Below are positions 25,991 through 40,243 of a stretch of DNA of 64,000 bases, piece after piece; the stretch's first letter is position 1, and each line of letters begins with the position of its first letter. The notes beneath the pieces are model-generated. The model saw only the letters and a list, made by a program, of their open reading frames with translations. It made no database searches and was not told the origin of the DNA. This stretch comes from an uncultured Clostridia bacterium (lineage in GTDB: Bacteria > Bacillota > Clostridia > TANB77 > CAG-508): contig CAKOUU010000008.1 in assembly GCA_934120675.1 (NCBI GenBank), positions 1,420 to 65,419 of the forward strand, given 5' to 3'. The position numbers and the translations under genes were made by a program.

Positions 25991-27397
25991 TTATTTACTT
26001 TCTTTTATTTTAAGTAAATTTCTTGTTACAATTGCATTGTATATTGCAATTATTACTAGTCCCCAGAATGATATCATTCCAAAACTGTTAATAGGCACCC
26101 ATTTTCCGAAACAAAATACTATTGCTATAATGCAAATTGGTAATATTCTATTAAAGAATTTTACATATGTTTCTGTTGTAGCTTTTCCAACTACATTTTC
26201 AACTTCTTCTTTGTTTTGTTTATTTATATTTTTTAGTAACATTGTTGTGAATATATAATCTAGTATTAACATTACAACAATTCCACATATTGATTCAATT
26301 GATATTGTTACATTTGTGTATCTTACTAATAAAGCATATATTGCTGATAACCCTATAAATGAAATTCCTGCTAATAATCCGTTTGTTTTATATTTAGCTA
26401 TTAAAACAACTATTCCTATAACTGAAATTACTGCTACAGCTATTGCTATATTACGCAAGTCTTGCTCTGTTATATCTGATAATATATATTGATTTTTTTC
26501 TAAGTCATATTTTACTGGTAAATTGCCACTATCTAATACTGTTGCAACATTTTGTGCTTGTGTTACATATCCATTTAATGTTGATTTGTCTGATGTTGCA
26601 CTTCCAACTGATAACTGTATTTTTCCAGTTGTAATTGCTTCATCAAAACTTGTTGACATTAATTCTTCGTCATCAATTTTCATTGTTATTTTCTTTCCTG
26701 TTGTTGATGCACTATCAGTTGTTTTATTTTCTGTATTAGTTGTATTTTCTGTGTTTGTTGCTTTTTCTGAATTTTCAGTTGATGTATTTCCTTCTGTTTC
26801 GTTTTCAACAGTGTTATTCTCTGTTGTATTATTTTCAGATTTTACATATGTTTTGCTTATATCTTCTAGCTTTTTCTTTCCATCTTTATTAAAAGCTATT
26901 TCCAAATATACTGATGTTCCTGATGATGTTGTGTTATATAATACACTTGAAGACTTTATATCATCATTATTCATTAATACTTCTTTTGTTTCACTATCTA
27001 ATATTTCGAATTTTCCTACTGTAGTCAAATTACTTACTATAGTGTCTGTATTTGAACCTTCTGGTACTTCTATAATCATTTCTCCCGTTGCTTTATTTAA
27101 AGAAATATTATATTCTTGTACATCTAATTTTTTTAATCTTCTTTCTATTACTTTTTTTGCTTTATTATAATTTTCTTCTGTTTTTGTTTCGTCAGAATTT
27201 TTTGAATTTAAAGCCAATTTTATTGTTCTTGCTCCATTTAATTCCATTGCATATGTGTAGTCTTTAACTATATTAGACATTTGATTTTTATTTTGTTTAT
27301 ATATTCCAAAAAATCCTACCATTGATACTAAAACAATTAGTAATATAATTGTTAATATCTTTATTGTTTTCATTACATTTTTTCTTTCTTTTTTCAT
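25991..27397 (-). CDS. SecD-like membrane protein (divergent) with a Thr/Asn/Glu-rich insert
   Basis: 468 aa: N-terminal TM, MELNGARTIKLAL (compare the SecD GLDLxGG strand), a C-terminal 6-TM-like region ending NAIVTRNLL, and the low-complexity stretch ENNTTENNTVENETEGNTSTEN. Confidence 0.4.
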   Translation of the reverse strand: MKKERKNVMKTIKILTIILLIVLVSMVGFFGIYKQNKNQMSNIVKDYTYAMELNGARTIKLALNSKNSDETKTEENYNKAKKVIERRLKKLDVQEYNISLNKATGEMIIEVPEGSNTDTIVSNLTTVGKFEILDSETKEVLMNNDDIKSSSVLYNTTSSGTSVYLEIAFNKDGKKKLEDISKTYVKSENNTTENNTVENETEGNTSTENSEKATNTENTTNTENKTTDSASTTGKKITMKIDDEELMSTSFDEAITTGKIQLSVGSATSDKSTLNGYVTQAQNVATVLDSGNLPVKYDLEKNQYILSDITEQDLRNIAIAVAVISVIGIVVLIAKYKTNGLLAGISFIGLSAIYALLVRYTNVTISIESICGIVVMLILDYIFTTMLLKNINKQNKEEVENVVGKATTETYVKFFNRILPICIIAIVFCFGKWVPINSFGMISFWGLVIIAIYNAIVTRNLLKIKESK

Positions 27398-27492
27398 TTT
27401 ACAAATCCCTCACTTTGCTCGTTTATTGTCGTCCAAAATCTTTTAATTTTGTATTCCAACTATTTAAATTTTTGTTTAGTATTTATTTAGTA

Positions 27493-28152
27493 TTATAATA
27501 ATTTTGTATCATTTATTATTAGTTCAAACCATATTTTTAAATATTTTGCTGCATATTTGCACATCATTGTTCTTTCCATAAATATTTCAAAGTAATCTAA
27601 TACTGGGCATATTTTTGTATCTATTGTTAAATTTAGTTTTATTTTTCTTTCTTTTTCATCCATGATTAAATCTGCATTTGTTACGGCATAATTTACTCTA
27701 TCGTGAATATCAAATGTTGATAAATTTTTGTTCACCACCCTATCTCTGTGTACGTCTGATTTGTCTGCTAATATTAGTGCAGCTGATATGTCACTTACTG
27801 CCGTTCCTGTTTTTTCGTCATGGTTTCCTATTGCCATCATTATTTCTGTTATTTCTTCTATTGGCATTCCCATTTCTTTTAAAATGTTGTATGCAAGTAT
27901 TGCCCCTGTGTGTGCATGGTCTACTCTGTTTACACAGTTTCCTATGTCATGCATATACCCAGCAATTCTTGTTAGTTCAACTGTTCTTTCTGGATAGCCT
28001 AATTTTTCTAGTATGTCTCCTGCTCTTTTTGATACTATTGATATGTGTCTGTGTCCATGTTCTGTGTATCCTATTGCATTTAGTTGTTTTTGTGCTCCTC
28101 TTATTAGAGCATCTAACTCTTTGTTTTCTTTAATATCTTTTAAAGTTATCAT
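27493..28152 (-). CDS. HD-domain phosphohydrolase
   Basis: GHRHISIVSKRAG...GYMHDIGN...HAHTGA gives the H..HD..D motif. Confidence 0.8.
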   Translation of the reverse strand: MITLKDIKENKELDALIRGAQKQLNAIGYTEHGHRHISIVSKRAGDILEKLGYPERTVELTRIAGYMHDIGNCVNRVDHAHTGAILAYNILKEMGMPIEEITEIMMAIGNHDEKTGTAVSDISAALILADKSDVHRDRVVNKNLSTFDIHDRVNYAVTNADLIMDEKERKIKLNLTIDTKICPVLDYFEIFMERTMMCKYAAKYLKIWFELIINDTKLL

Positions 28153-28383
28153 TTGTTCCCTCCTTTTTGTCTTTCTAGATTTTATATTAATTTAGTAAAA
28201 ATATCAACTGTTTTTTGTGAATTTTTGATATTTATTTGTTAATCTAATAATTAAAGTAAATAACTGCTATAATAAAAAATTCATTTTCTCTTGTATTTTA
28301 TGTCAATATCTGTTATAATTTAATTAGGTTATATTTAACCATTTTACCAATAAACAGTTATTTTTTTTAATGGAGGATTCATT

Positions 28384-28593
28384 ATGAGAGTATCAATTTA
28401 TGAACTTTACACAAAGCCTATTAAAAGATTACAGGCTCGGTTCTCGAGAAACTGTTCATTAGAATTATCTAATGGAAGAACTGTTGAATTCCAGAAAGGC
28501 CTGCATACAGGTTCTGCTGAACTACCACCAGGCCGTATGTCAAAAACAGAAGAACAGGAATATATTCATGCTCAAATGTTAATGGGAATTTAA
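28384..28593 (+). CDS. Hypothetical protein (locally higher GC)
   Basis: 69 aa. SD TGGAGGA. A strong terminator follows. No motif recognised. Confidence 0.4.
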   Translation: MRVSIYELYTKPIKRLQARFSRNCSLELSNGRTVEFQKGLHTGSAELPPGRMSKTEEQEYIHAQMLMGI

Positions 28594-28597
28594 TTCA

Positions 28598-28639
28598 AAG
28601 AATGCTATCTACAAATGTGGATAGCATTCTTGCTTTTTT
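28598..28639 (+). terminator. Intrinsic terminator
   Basis: AAGAATGCTATC...GATAGCATTCTT followed by a T-run. Confidence 0.75.
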
Positions 28640-28671
28640 ATGATTTTCAACAAAACAATAATTTTTCACCT

Positions 28672-28711
28672 TAATAAAAACAAAAATCAAAGTAATCTTA
28701 TTACTCTGATT
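28672..28711 (-). terminator. Terminator of the tRNA-Gly pair
   Basis: Minus strand: AATCAGAGTAAT-AAG-ATTACTTTGATT followed by TTTGTTTTT. Confidence 0.6.
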
Positions 28712-28719
28712 CTTATTTA

Positions 28720-28793
<74 letters not shown>

Positions 28794-28837
28794 AACTATG
28801 AAATTGTTATCAGTTTTCCACATATTATAAATAAATG

Positions 28838-28911
<74 letters not shown>

Positions 28912-29020
28912 ATTGTTCCTGACAGTTATAGATTATAAATGATTTTCTTATAACTGTCAAGACTTTTTTGAAAATATTTTAAATTTTTTTATATTTTTTA
29001 TCTTCAGTTTTTATTCTCTT

Positions 29021-30822
<1,802 letters not shown>

Positions 30823-30824
30823 TT

Positions 30825-31183
<359 letters not shown>

Positions 31184-31199
31184 TAATTTATACCTTTTT

Positions 31200-31226
31200 T
31201 TAGCAATTGTCAATAGAGTTTGCTAA
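31200..31226. promoter_or_regulatory. CIRCE-like element overlapping the groES -35
   Basis: TTAGCAATT-GTCAATAGA-GTTTGCTAA. The spacer carries TTGAC on the gene strand. Confidence 0.55.
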
Positions 31227-31385
31227 AATTCACATAAAATTCACATTTGACTATATATTATATGTCTATTTTAATTTTTATAGAACGTTTTTATAAATTA
31301 ACTTTTTATTTTATATTTTTTTAATAGTTTGCCTTTAAGTCAAAGAAAAAGAGCCCAGAATTCTCTAAGCTCTTTGATGGAGGCT

Positions 31386-31895
31386 TTATGCTTTTATATA
31401 AGTCTCTCCCTTTAAACCCAATTTTTGAGTTAGGCTGGTTAATGATCTTTGTGAAGAAATTGTATATTGTTGATATTTTTCATATATATACAATTCTATT
31501 TGCTCATAAGGTCTAGTTGGACCTTTACCAGCCCAATATTTCATCCCCATCCCAATTACAGTTCTTGGGAGTCCGTATATCGTGTTTAGCCTTTTCCTTT
31601 TTAGATTCTCTCCTTCAATCTTCTCGACAACAAAATAGTTGTACTGAGAATTTTCTTTTGGGAGCTCCTCTCTTAAAAACCTTTTCTTTTTCCTTTTTTC
31701 ACTTGACGTTATGTTGTCGTACTGACTTATTATACAGTCAATCTCATCTTCCATAAAAGACCGGATTACTAATCCATTTTCTATGTCCATAAAAAAGATT
31801 TGTTGTTCTCCTGTATCGCCATCCTCAATGATTATCTCATTTTCGGTTGTGTAGTAATTGTCATTTGGATTTTTTTTCATTTGTATTACCTCCAT
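31386..31895 (-). CDS. Hypothetical protein (locally higher GC)
   Basis: 169 aa. A terminator AAAGAGC...GCTCTTT lies downstream at about 31347-31375. No motif recognised. Confidence 0.5.
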   Translation of the reverse strand: MEVIQMKKNPNDNYYTTENEIIIEDGDTGEQQIFFMDIENGLVIRSFMEDEIDCIISQYDNITSSEKRKKKRFLREELPKENSQYNYFVVEKIEGENLKRKRLNTIYGLPRTVIGMGMKYWAGKGPTRPYEQIELYIYEKYQQYTISSQRSLTSLTQKLGLKGETYIKA

Positions 31896-31973
31896 AAATA
31901 TATAATTTTTATTATGTTTTAATTATAGCATATTCCCACAGAATTTGCAAATTATGTAAATTTCATACAACAA

Positions 31974-33593
<1,620 letters not shown>

Positions 33594-33599
33594 CTAAAA

Positions 33600-33655
33600 A
33601 AACCAGAATTAAGATTTTGTACGCAGTGCAAACTGCTACAAAATCTGATTTTTGC
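33600..33655 (-). promoter_or_regulatory. Terminator-like hairpin in the pyrG leader (possible attenuator)
   Basis: Minus strand: AGATTTTGTA-N15-TACAAAATCT, then TAATTCTGG and T7, directly before the SD AGGAGGAGG. Confidence 0.35.
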
Positions 33656-33869
33656 CATATTTATCTTCTACAGAAAGCTATCATACTATGATATCCTTCC
33701 TAGAATATAAAAATAAAAAAAGATTAAAAAAATTTTCCGGCAAATGCGGTTTTTTTTTTAATCTATTATTATTTTAACACTTGCCTTTTTATTTGGCAAG
33801 TGTTTTTCTTTTTATTTTATTTTTTTGTTACAATTTGGTTACAATTTACATCAGTCCATTAAATGTAAC

Positions 33870-34646
33870 TTATTGTTGCCCAACTCCATATTGTTTATAT
33901 AACCATGATGTATAATCAAATGGTGTTAAAGTATCTGGCATACCATAATCAACTCCGTATGTTTCAACTTTTATAGATGTAACTTTTGGTGGATTTACTG
34001 GTGTACTAACTTCTGCATTTTCTTTATTTTCTTGTCCTTCAGCAGCTTTAACTTCAACATTTTCAATTTGATGTACAACATCTAGGCCTTCTATAACTTT
34101 ACCAAATGCAGCATAATATCCATTTAGGTTTGTATTTTCTTTAGTCATTATGAAGAATTGTGAACATCCTGAGTTATAAGATTCTTCTTTTAAACTTGAA
34201 GAATATTGTGTATAATCAGCTCTAGCCATTGCAACTGTTCCTTCTTCAAATTTTATTGTATTTGTAACTCCATTTGATAGAAATTCACCTTTTATTGAAT
34301 AATCTTTATCTTCTCCACCATCTTTTAAATCACTCAATTTAGCACCTGTTGTTCCATCTCCATCTTTTGAACCAGTTTGAATCATAAAATCTTTTACTAT
34401 TCTATGAAATGTTGTTCCATCATAAAATCCTCTGTTTGCTAATGTTATAAAGTTTGCTACCGCTTCTGGTGCTTGGTCTGGATATAATTCCATTTTAATT
34501 GTTCCAAAATTTTCTACTTCCATTGTTGCTACTGGATTTTGACTTTTGAATGTTACTTTTTTATAATATCCAAATCCAACAACTCCTATTAATACTATTA
34601 TAGCTATCATTGCTACTATCCAAATAATTTTTCCTACGTTTTTCAT
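33870..34646 (-). CDS. Cyclophilin-type peptidyl-prolyl isomerase, membrane-anchored
   Basis: N-terminal TM, then MELYPDQAPEAVANFITLANRGFYDGTTFHRIVKDFMIQTG. Confidence 0.9.
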   Translation of the reverse strand: MKNVGKIIWIVAMIAIIVLIGVVGFGYYKKVTFKSQNPVATMEVENFGTIKMELYPDQAPEAVANFITLANRGFYDGTTFHRIVKDFMIQTGSKDGDGTTGAKLSDLKDGGEDKDYSIKGEFLSNGVTNTIKFEEGTVAMARADYTQYSSSLKEESYNSGCSQFFIMTKENTNLNGYYAAFGKVIEGLDVVHQIENVEVKAAEGQENKENAEVSTPVNPPKVTSIKVETYGVDYGMPDTLTPFDYTSWLYKQYGVGQQ

Positions 34647-34678
34647 TTTTTAACTATTTCTCCCTTCGCTTTTTTATT

Positions 34679-35764
34679 TTATTCGAACATGAATTGTTCT
34701 TGCATTCTTCTTAAAGACTGCCTAATTGTTCTTGCTCTAACTTCACCAATTCCATCTACCTCGTCCAAACTTTCTATATCAGCTGCAAGTACGTGTTGAA
34801 ATGATTTAAATGATGATACTAAGTTTTCAACTATATTTGATGGCATTCGTGGTATCTTATTAAGTATTCTGTATCCTCTTGTATATACACCAACTTCGTC
34901 ATAATTGTCAAATGTTTCATATCCTAATAATTTTGCAACTGTATTTTCTCTAGTCATTTCTTCATATTGCATTTTTGACAATTCTTCTATTACTTTTTCT
35001 GGTGTTTTCTTTTTTCTCGAAGATTTTGTTTGGACTATATAATCTTTTATGATTAGTTCTTCTTCTTTTTCTAGTCCACCCATAAGTTCCTGTAATTGCA
35101 TACTTACAAGTCTTCCATCAACACCTAATTCGTAAATTTGATTTTTTATTTCGTCTGCTATTCTTCTTACTCTTTCAGCTCTTTGTATTACATCAATTAC
35201 ATTTTTTAGTGTTACTATGTCATTGAATTCATATTCATTTAAGATTGAAAGTCTATTATCAAATACTTTTCTATATCTTTCAAGTGTTTGAATTCCTTGA
35301 TTTGCTTTATTTAATACTGCGTTTGTGTCTTCTAGTATATATCTAAAATCTCCTTTGAATATTGTGATAATATTTCTTCTTTGAGATATACTTATTACTA
35401 GTTCCCCTGTTTGTTTTGCTGTTCTTTCTGCTGTTCTATGTCTTGTTCCTGTTTCTCTTGTTTCTATTTCTCTTGAGGGTATAAGTTGTGCATTTGCAAA
35501 AAGTATTCTTTTTAAATCTCCACTTAAGACAATTGCTCCATCCATTTTGGCTAGTTCATATAATTTTGAAGATGTATATTCTTCGTTTATATAAAATCCG
35601 CCATCAACAATTTCTTTTATTACATCATTGTTGTCTGTTATAAGCAATAGTGCTCCTGTCTTTGCTCTTAATATGTTTTCCAGTCCATCTCTTATTGGTG
35701 TTCCTGGTGCTATTAATTTAAGTAAATCCGCTGTCAAGTTATTTACCTCCCTCACTAAAAGCAA
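34679..35764 (-). CDS. disA: DNA integrity scanning protein DisA (diadenylate cyclase)
   Basis: APGTPIRDGLENILRAKTGALL, DGAIVLS, RHRTAERTAKQTG, and a C-terminal HhH GIGEVRARTIRQSL. Confidence 0.92.
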   Translation of the reverse strand: MLLVREVNNLTADLLKLIAPGTPIRDGLENILRAKTGALLLITDNNDVIKEIVDGGFYINEEYTSSKLYELAKMDGAIVLSGDLKRILFANAQLIPSREIETRETGTRHRTAERTAKQTGELVISISQRRNIITIFKGDFRYILEDTNAVLNKANQGIQTLERYRKVFDNRLSILNEYEFNDIVTLKNVIDVIQRAERVRRIADEIKNQIYELGVDGRLVSMQLQELMGGLEKEEELIIKDYIVQTKSSRKKKTPEKVIEELSKMQYEEMTRENTVAKLLGYETFDNYDEVGVYTRGYRILNKIPRMPSNIVENLVSSFKSFQHVLAADIESLDEVDGIGEVRARTIRQSLRRMQEQFMFE

Positions 35765-37114
35765 CTTTTCATTGCTTCATTTATATCTTTCACACCTATT
35801 ATATCTAATTTAAATTTTTCTTTCAAGCCTTTTTTGTTACTTTCTGGAATTATGCATTTTCTGAATCCTAATTTTTCTGCTTCTTTTAGTCTTTTTTCTA
35901 TCATATTAATTCTTCTAACTTCTCCTGTAAGCCCAACTTCGCCCATTATTGCAACACCTTTTTCAATTGGCTTATTTTTATAACTAGATGCAGTTACCAT
36001 CAATATTCCCAAATCTATTGAAGGTTCACTTATTTTCAAACCTCCAACAACATTTAAATATACATCTTGATTTCCTAAGTTCATACCTGCTCTTTTTTCC
36101 AAAACAGCTATTAATAGTGCTAATCTATTGTAATCTATGCCATTTGCAGTTCTCTTTGGATATCCAAATACACTTTGAGATGTTAATGCTTGCAACTCTA
36201 CTAGCATTGACCTCGTTCCCTCCATGCATGATACAATACATGAACCTGGTGGATTATCTTCTCTTTCTGAAATCAGTACATCAGAAGGATTTGTTATTTC
36301 ACACATTCCTTCTCCCCTCATTTCAAACATACCAATTTCATTTGTAGAACCAAATCTATTTTTTACACCTCTTAATATTCTGTATGAAAAATATCTTTCA
36401 CCTTCCAAGTATAAAACAGTATCTACCATGTGTTCCAAAACTCTTGGCCCTGCTATGTTTCCGTCTTTAGTAACATGGCCTATGATTATTGTTGTTATAT
36501 TTCTTGATTTGCATACTCTCATTATTTGTGATGTTATTTCTCTTACTTGGCTTACACTTCCTGCCGCTGCTGAAATCTCTTCTGAATACATTGTTTGTAT
36601 CGAATCTATTATTACTAATTTTGGGTTTAAATTTATTATATTTTGGTTTACAACATCTATATCTGTCTCACCTAAGAATAGTATGTTTTCATTATTTATT
36701 CCGTAATCTATCTGCTCTAAGTTTTATTTGTTCTGCTGATTCCTCTCCTGAAACATATAAAACTTGTCCTTCTCCTTTTACTTTATCACATAATTGTAAA
36801 ATCAATGTGGATTTACCAATACCAGGTTCTCCACCTAGTAAAATTAATGAACCTTTTACAAGTCCTCCACCTAAAACTCTGTCTAATTCGTCAAATCCTG
36901 TTGATGTTCTTATTGTTTCTTTTGCTTCATATGAGTTTAATTTTTGTGGTATATTGTTTGTTCCTTTTTCTGCTTTTAATGAACTGTTTTTGCTTTCTAC
37001 TATTTTTTGTTCAAAAAAAGTATTCCAATTTCCACATGCTGGGCATTTTCCTAGCCATTTTCCTGATTCGTATCCGCATTCATTGCATACAAATACTGTT
37101 TTATTTTTTGCCAT
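35755..37114 (-). pseudogene. radA: DNA repair protein RadA/Sms, interrupted by a 1-nt frameshift near 36703
   Basis: The N-part (36692-37114) has the zinc ribbon CNECGYESGKWLGKCPACGNW and Walker A GGEPGIGKST and ends ...KLRADRLRNK*. The next frame continues ...GINNENILFLGETDIDVV...KLVIIDSIQTMYSEE into ORF 35755-36591 (KNRFG, Lon-like C-terminus). Confidence 0.85.
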
Positions 37115-37251
37115 TCCACTCTCTTTCCCTTCTAAACGTACACATTCGATTGAAAAATAAAATGTTTTATCAATCAGCAAAAAAAGTATAACACATATGA
37201 ATTTAATGTGCTATACTTTTTATAAATTTTCACTAAAAATTTACATTAGCT

Positions 37252-37572
37252 TTATTTTTTCTTTCCAAAAGTAACTTCTTGGAATAAAAAGTCATGAACT
37301 TTTTCCCAAGTAATTTCTTGATGTAAGAAATCATTTATTTCATCTTCAACTTTTTGTTGCTTTGGTGTTAATTCAACTTTTATTTCTTTATTCCAATCAA
37401 TATCTTGTAACCAGAATGCTTTGAATTTTTGCCAGAATCCAACTTTAGCAGGTAATGCTTCGTTTCTAATTGTTCCTGCATTTTCAACTACTGTATCATT
37501 GTTTATTTCTGCCCCTTCAAATGAAATTCCTCCAAATACTCCTGATGTACCTTCTTGATTTATTTCTGCCAT
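37252..37572 (-). CDS. Hypothetical protein
   Basis: 106 aa. SD AAAGGAGGAAAAG. No motif recognised. Confidence 0.5.
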   Translation of the reverse strand: MAEINQEGTSGVFGGISFEGAEINNDTVVENAGTIRNEALPAKVGFWQKFKAFWLQDIDWNKEIKVELTPKQQKVEDEINDFLHQEITWEKVHDFLFQEVTFGKKK

Positions 37573-37756
37573 TTGCTTTTCCTCCTTTGTACCAAAATAT
37601 TTTAGCTACTTAATTTATACTATAAAATACCATAAATATCAATATTTTTATATTAAGTTTTGATTACATTAATATTACATTTATGTTACATATATTATAA
37701 AATAATATTTTATAATATATACCAATATAAAAACCCTGTAAAATCTAACAACAAAA

Positions 37757-39094
37757 TTATAGCACTTCTCCAAAAATATGATCTTGCTCAGCTTTTTTAC
37801 AAATTACTTTTTCTATTTTATTGTCGATTTTTTTGTCTGTTTGGCAATATACTAAAATATAATTTTGTGTATGTCCTTTATATATTTTTTCTTTTTCTTC
37901 TTCAAACAAAACTTCCACTTCATTGCCAGTATATTTTTGGTTGTATTCCAATTCATTTTCATTTGATAATTCTAATAATTCTCTGCTTCTTTTTTCCTTA
38001 ATATCCCCACTAATTTGATTTGGCATTACTGCTGCTTTTGTTCCTTTTCGTGGAGAATATTTGAATACATGCATTTTATAAAATTTTATTTCTTTTAGAA
38101 ATTGATATGTTTTATTGAATTCTTCATCTGTTTCACCTGGGAACCCAACAATTATATCCGTTGTTAAATTTACATCTTTATATGCATTTCTTAATAATCG
38201 TACAATTTCTTTAAATTGTTCTGTTGTATATCTTCTATTCATTCTTTTTAGTGTTTCGTCACATCCACTTTGTAATGATAAATGAAAATGATGGCATATT
38301 TTTTCTAACTTTTTAAGTCTTTCTACAAATTCCTCTGTTATAAGTAAAGGCTCTATTGACCCTAATCTTATTCTTTGAATTCCCTGTATTTCGTTTATTT
38401 CTTCTAACAAATCAATTAATCTATAATTGGCTAATTCGCTATCTTTACTCATTGCAAAGTCTTTTCCATATGATGCTATATGAATTCCTGTTATTACAAC
38501 TTCTTTTATTCCTTTTGATGCAATTTGTGTAATTTCTGAAATTATACTTTCAGGCTTTCTGCTTCTTACTCTTCCACGTGCATAAGGTATTATGCAATAT
38601 GAACAAAATCTGTCACACCCATCTTGGATTTTGATAACAGCTCTTGTTTTTTCTGTATATGTAACATCACCAAAATCAGAAAATTCTTTTGAGTACATTA
38701 CATCATCTAATTCTACATTATTAATGTTGTTATTTATATATTCTTCAACATGTTTTACAACTTCAACTTTTTCATTGTTTCCTAAAACTAAATCAATTTC
38801 TGGAATTTTTGCTAATTCTTCTTTTGCAACTTGTGCATAACATCCAACAGCAACTACTATTGTTTCTGGATTTTTTTCTTTCATTCTTCTTAGCATTTGT
38901 CTTGATTTTCTATCTGACATATTTGTTACTGTACATGTATTTATAATACATATATCAGGCTTGATGTCTTCATTTTCTGATGTTATTTCTTCAATTATTT
39001 GATATCCTTTTTCTAGAAATTTTTGTGCCATTGCATTTGTTTCATATTGATTTACTTTACATCCCAATGTTACAAATCTTACTACTTTACTCAT
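37757..39094 (-). CDS. mtaB: Radical-SAM tRNA methylthiotransferase, MtaB/YqeV-like
   Basis: 445 aa with VRFVTLGCKVNQYETNAM (UPF0004), the CDRFCSYCIIP radical-SAM CxxxCxxC motif, and a TRAM-like C-terminus. Confidence 0.8.
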   Translation of the reverse strand: MSKVVRFVTLGCKVNQYETNAMAQKFLEKGYQIIEEITSENEDIKPDICIINTCTVTNMSDRKSRQMLRRMKEKNPETIVVAVGCYAQVAKEELAKIPEIDLVLGNNEKVEVVKHVEEYINNNINNVELDDVMYSKEFSDFGDVTYTEKTRAVIKIQDGCDRFCSYCIIPYARGRVRSRKPESIISEITQIASKGIKEVVITGIHIASYGKDFAMSKDSELANYRLIDLLEEINEIQGIQRIRLGSIEPLLITEEFVERLKKLEKICHHFHLSLQSGCDETLKRMNRRYTTEQFKEIVRLLRNAYKDVNLTTDIIVGFPGETDEEFNKTYQFLKEIKFYKMHVFKYSPRKGTKAAVMPNQISGDIKEKRSRELLELSNENELEYNQKYTGNEVEVLFEEEKEKIYKGHTQNYILVYCQTDKKIDNKIEKVICKKAEQDHIFGEVL

Positions 39095-39160
39095 TTTTTT
39101 CCTTTCATTTTTTACCCAACCAAAGAATAATTTCTTTTATTTTTTTAGATTTGTTCTTTT

Positions 39161-39227
39161 CAACCAATAAAGAACGTCCCCGTTGGTTTTTTCATTTTCG
39201 ACCAATTAAAGAACGTCCCCGCTGGTT
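39161..39227. repeat. Two tandem, same-orientation hairpin units with an AAGAACGTCCCC loop
   Basis: CAACCAATAAAGAACGTCCCCGTTGGTT (39161-39188) and CGACCAATTAAAGAACGTCCCCGCTGGTT (39199-39227), in the mtaB|mreB spacer. Confidence 0.85.
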
Positions 39228-39235
39228 CATATTTT

Positions 39236-40243
39236 TTATTTTGACCTTCCATCTAATTTATCTAAATTATCAAGTGCTTTTCCTGTTCCTAGTGCTACAC
39301 AAGATATTGAGTCTTGTGCTATCATTACATTTATTCCTGTTTTTTCTTGTAATAATTTATCTAGTCCATCTACTAAGCATCCTCCACCTGTCATATAGAT
39401 TCCTTTATCACTTATATCTGCAGCAAGCTCTGGTGGTGTTCTTTCTAATACACTATGAACTGCATCTACTATCATCATAGCTGGTTCAATCAGTGCCTCT
39501 AGCATTTCACTTGAATGAACAGTTATTGTTTTTGGTAAACCAGTTCCTAAATCTCTACCTCTTATATCCATCTCTGCATCTTGAATTTTAGGATATACAC
39601 ATCCTATATTTACTTTTAAGTCTTCTGCTGTTCTTTCACCTATTACTATATTGTGTTTTTTCTTTATATATTTTACTATGTATTCGTCAAACTTATCTCC
39701 TGCAACTTTTAATGATGTACTTACAACTGATCCTCCCAAAGATATTACGGCTATGTCTGTTGTTCCACCACCAATATCAACTACCATATTTCCACATGGT
39801 TTTGCTATATCTATTCCAGCTCCAATTGCTGCTGCAATTGGTTCTTCTATTAAGTAAACTTTTCTTGCCCCTGCTTGTATTGCTGCATCTATTACTGCTT
39901 TCTTTTCTACTTCTGTTACTTGTGATGGTATGCATATCATTATTCTTGGTGCAAATATTGATTTTCCACATACTTTTCCTATAAAGTGTTTTAACATTTT
40001 TTCTGTTACTGTATAGTCTGATATTACACCTTCTCTTAATGGTCTTGTTGCTACTATATTTCCTGGTGTTCTTCCTAACATTCTTCTTGCTTCTCCACCT
40101 ACAGAAAGTACGTCTCCTGTGTTTCTATCCACTGCAACAACTGATGGTTCTCTTAGTACTATTCCTTTTCCTTTTATATACACTATTACTGTTGCTGTTC
40201 CTAAATCTATTCCTACGTCTTGTCCAAATCCAAATTTTAACAT
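39236..40243 (-). CDS. mreB: Rod-shape determining actin homologue MreB/Mbl
   Basis: 335 aa with DVGIDLGTATVIVY, MVVDIGGGTTDIAVIS, and GIYMTGGGCLVDGLDKLL. Confidence 0.95.
   Translation of the reverse strand: MLKFGFGQDVGIDLGTATVIVYIKGKGIVLREPSVVAVDRNTGDVLSVGGEARRMLGRTPGNIVATRPLREGVISDYTVTEKMLKHFIGKVCGKSIFAPRIMICIPSQVTEVEKKAVIDAAIQAGARKVYLIEEPIAAAIGAGIDIAKPCGNMVVDIGGGTTDIAVISLGGSVVSTSLKVAGDKFDEYIVKYIKKKHNIVIGERTAEDLKVNIGCVYPKIQDAEMDIRGRDLGTGLPKTITVHSSEMLEALIEPAMMIVDAVHSVLERTPPELAADISDKGIYMTGGGCLVDGLDKLLQEKTGINVMIAQDSISCVALGTGKALDNLDKLDGRSK

Noticed and set aside
33694-33721. A dif-like sequence. CCTTCCTAGAATATA matches 14 consecutive nt of the Bacillus-type dif site (ACTTCCTAGAATATATATTATGTAAACT, from memory).
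   Set aside because: Only the left arm and part of the centre match; the other arm matches at about 3/11. Genes on both sides keep the same orientation, so there is no terminus-like strand switch. The sequence more likely belongs to the pyrG promoter region.
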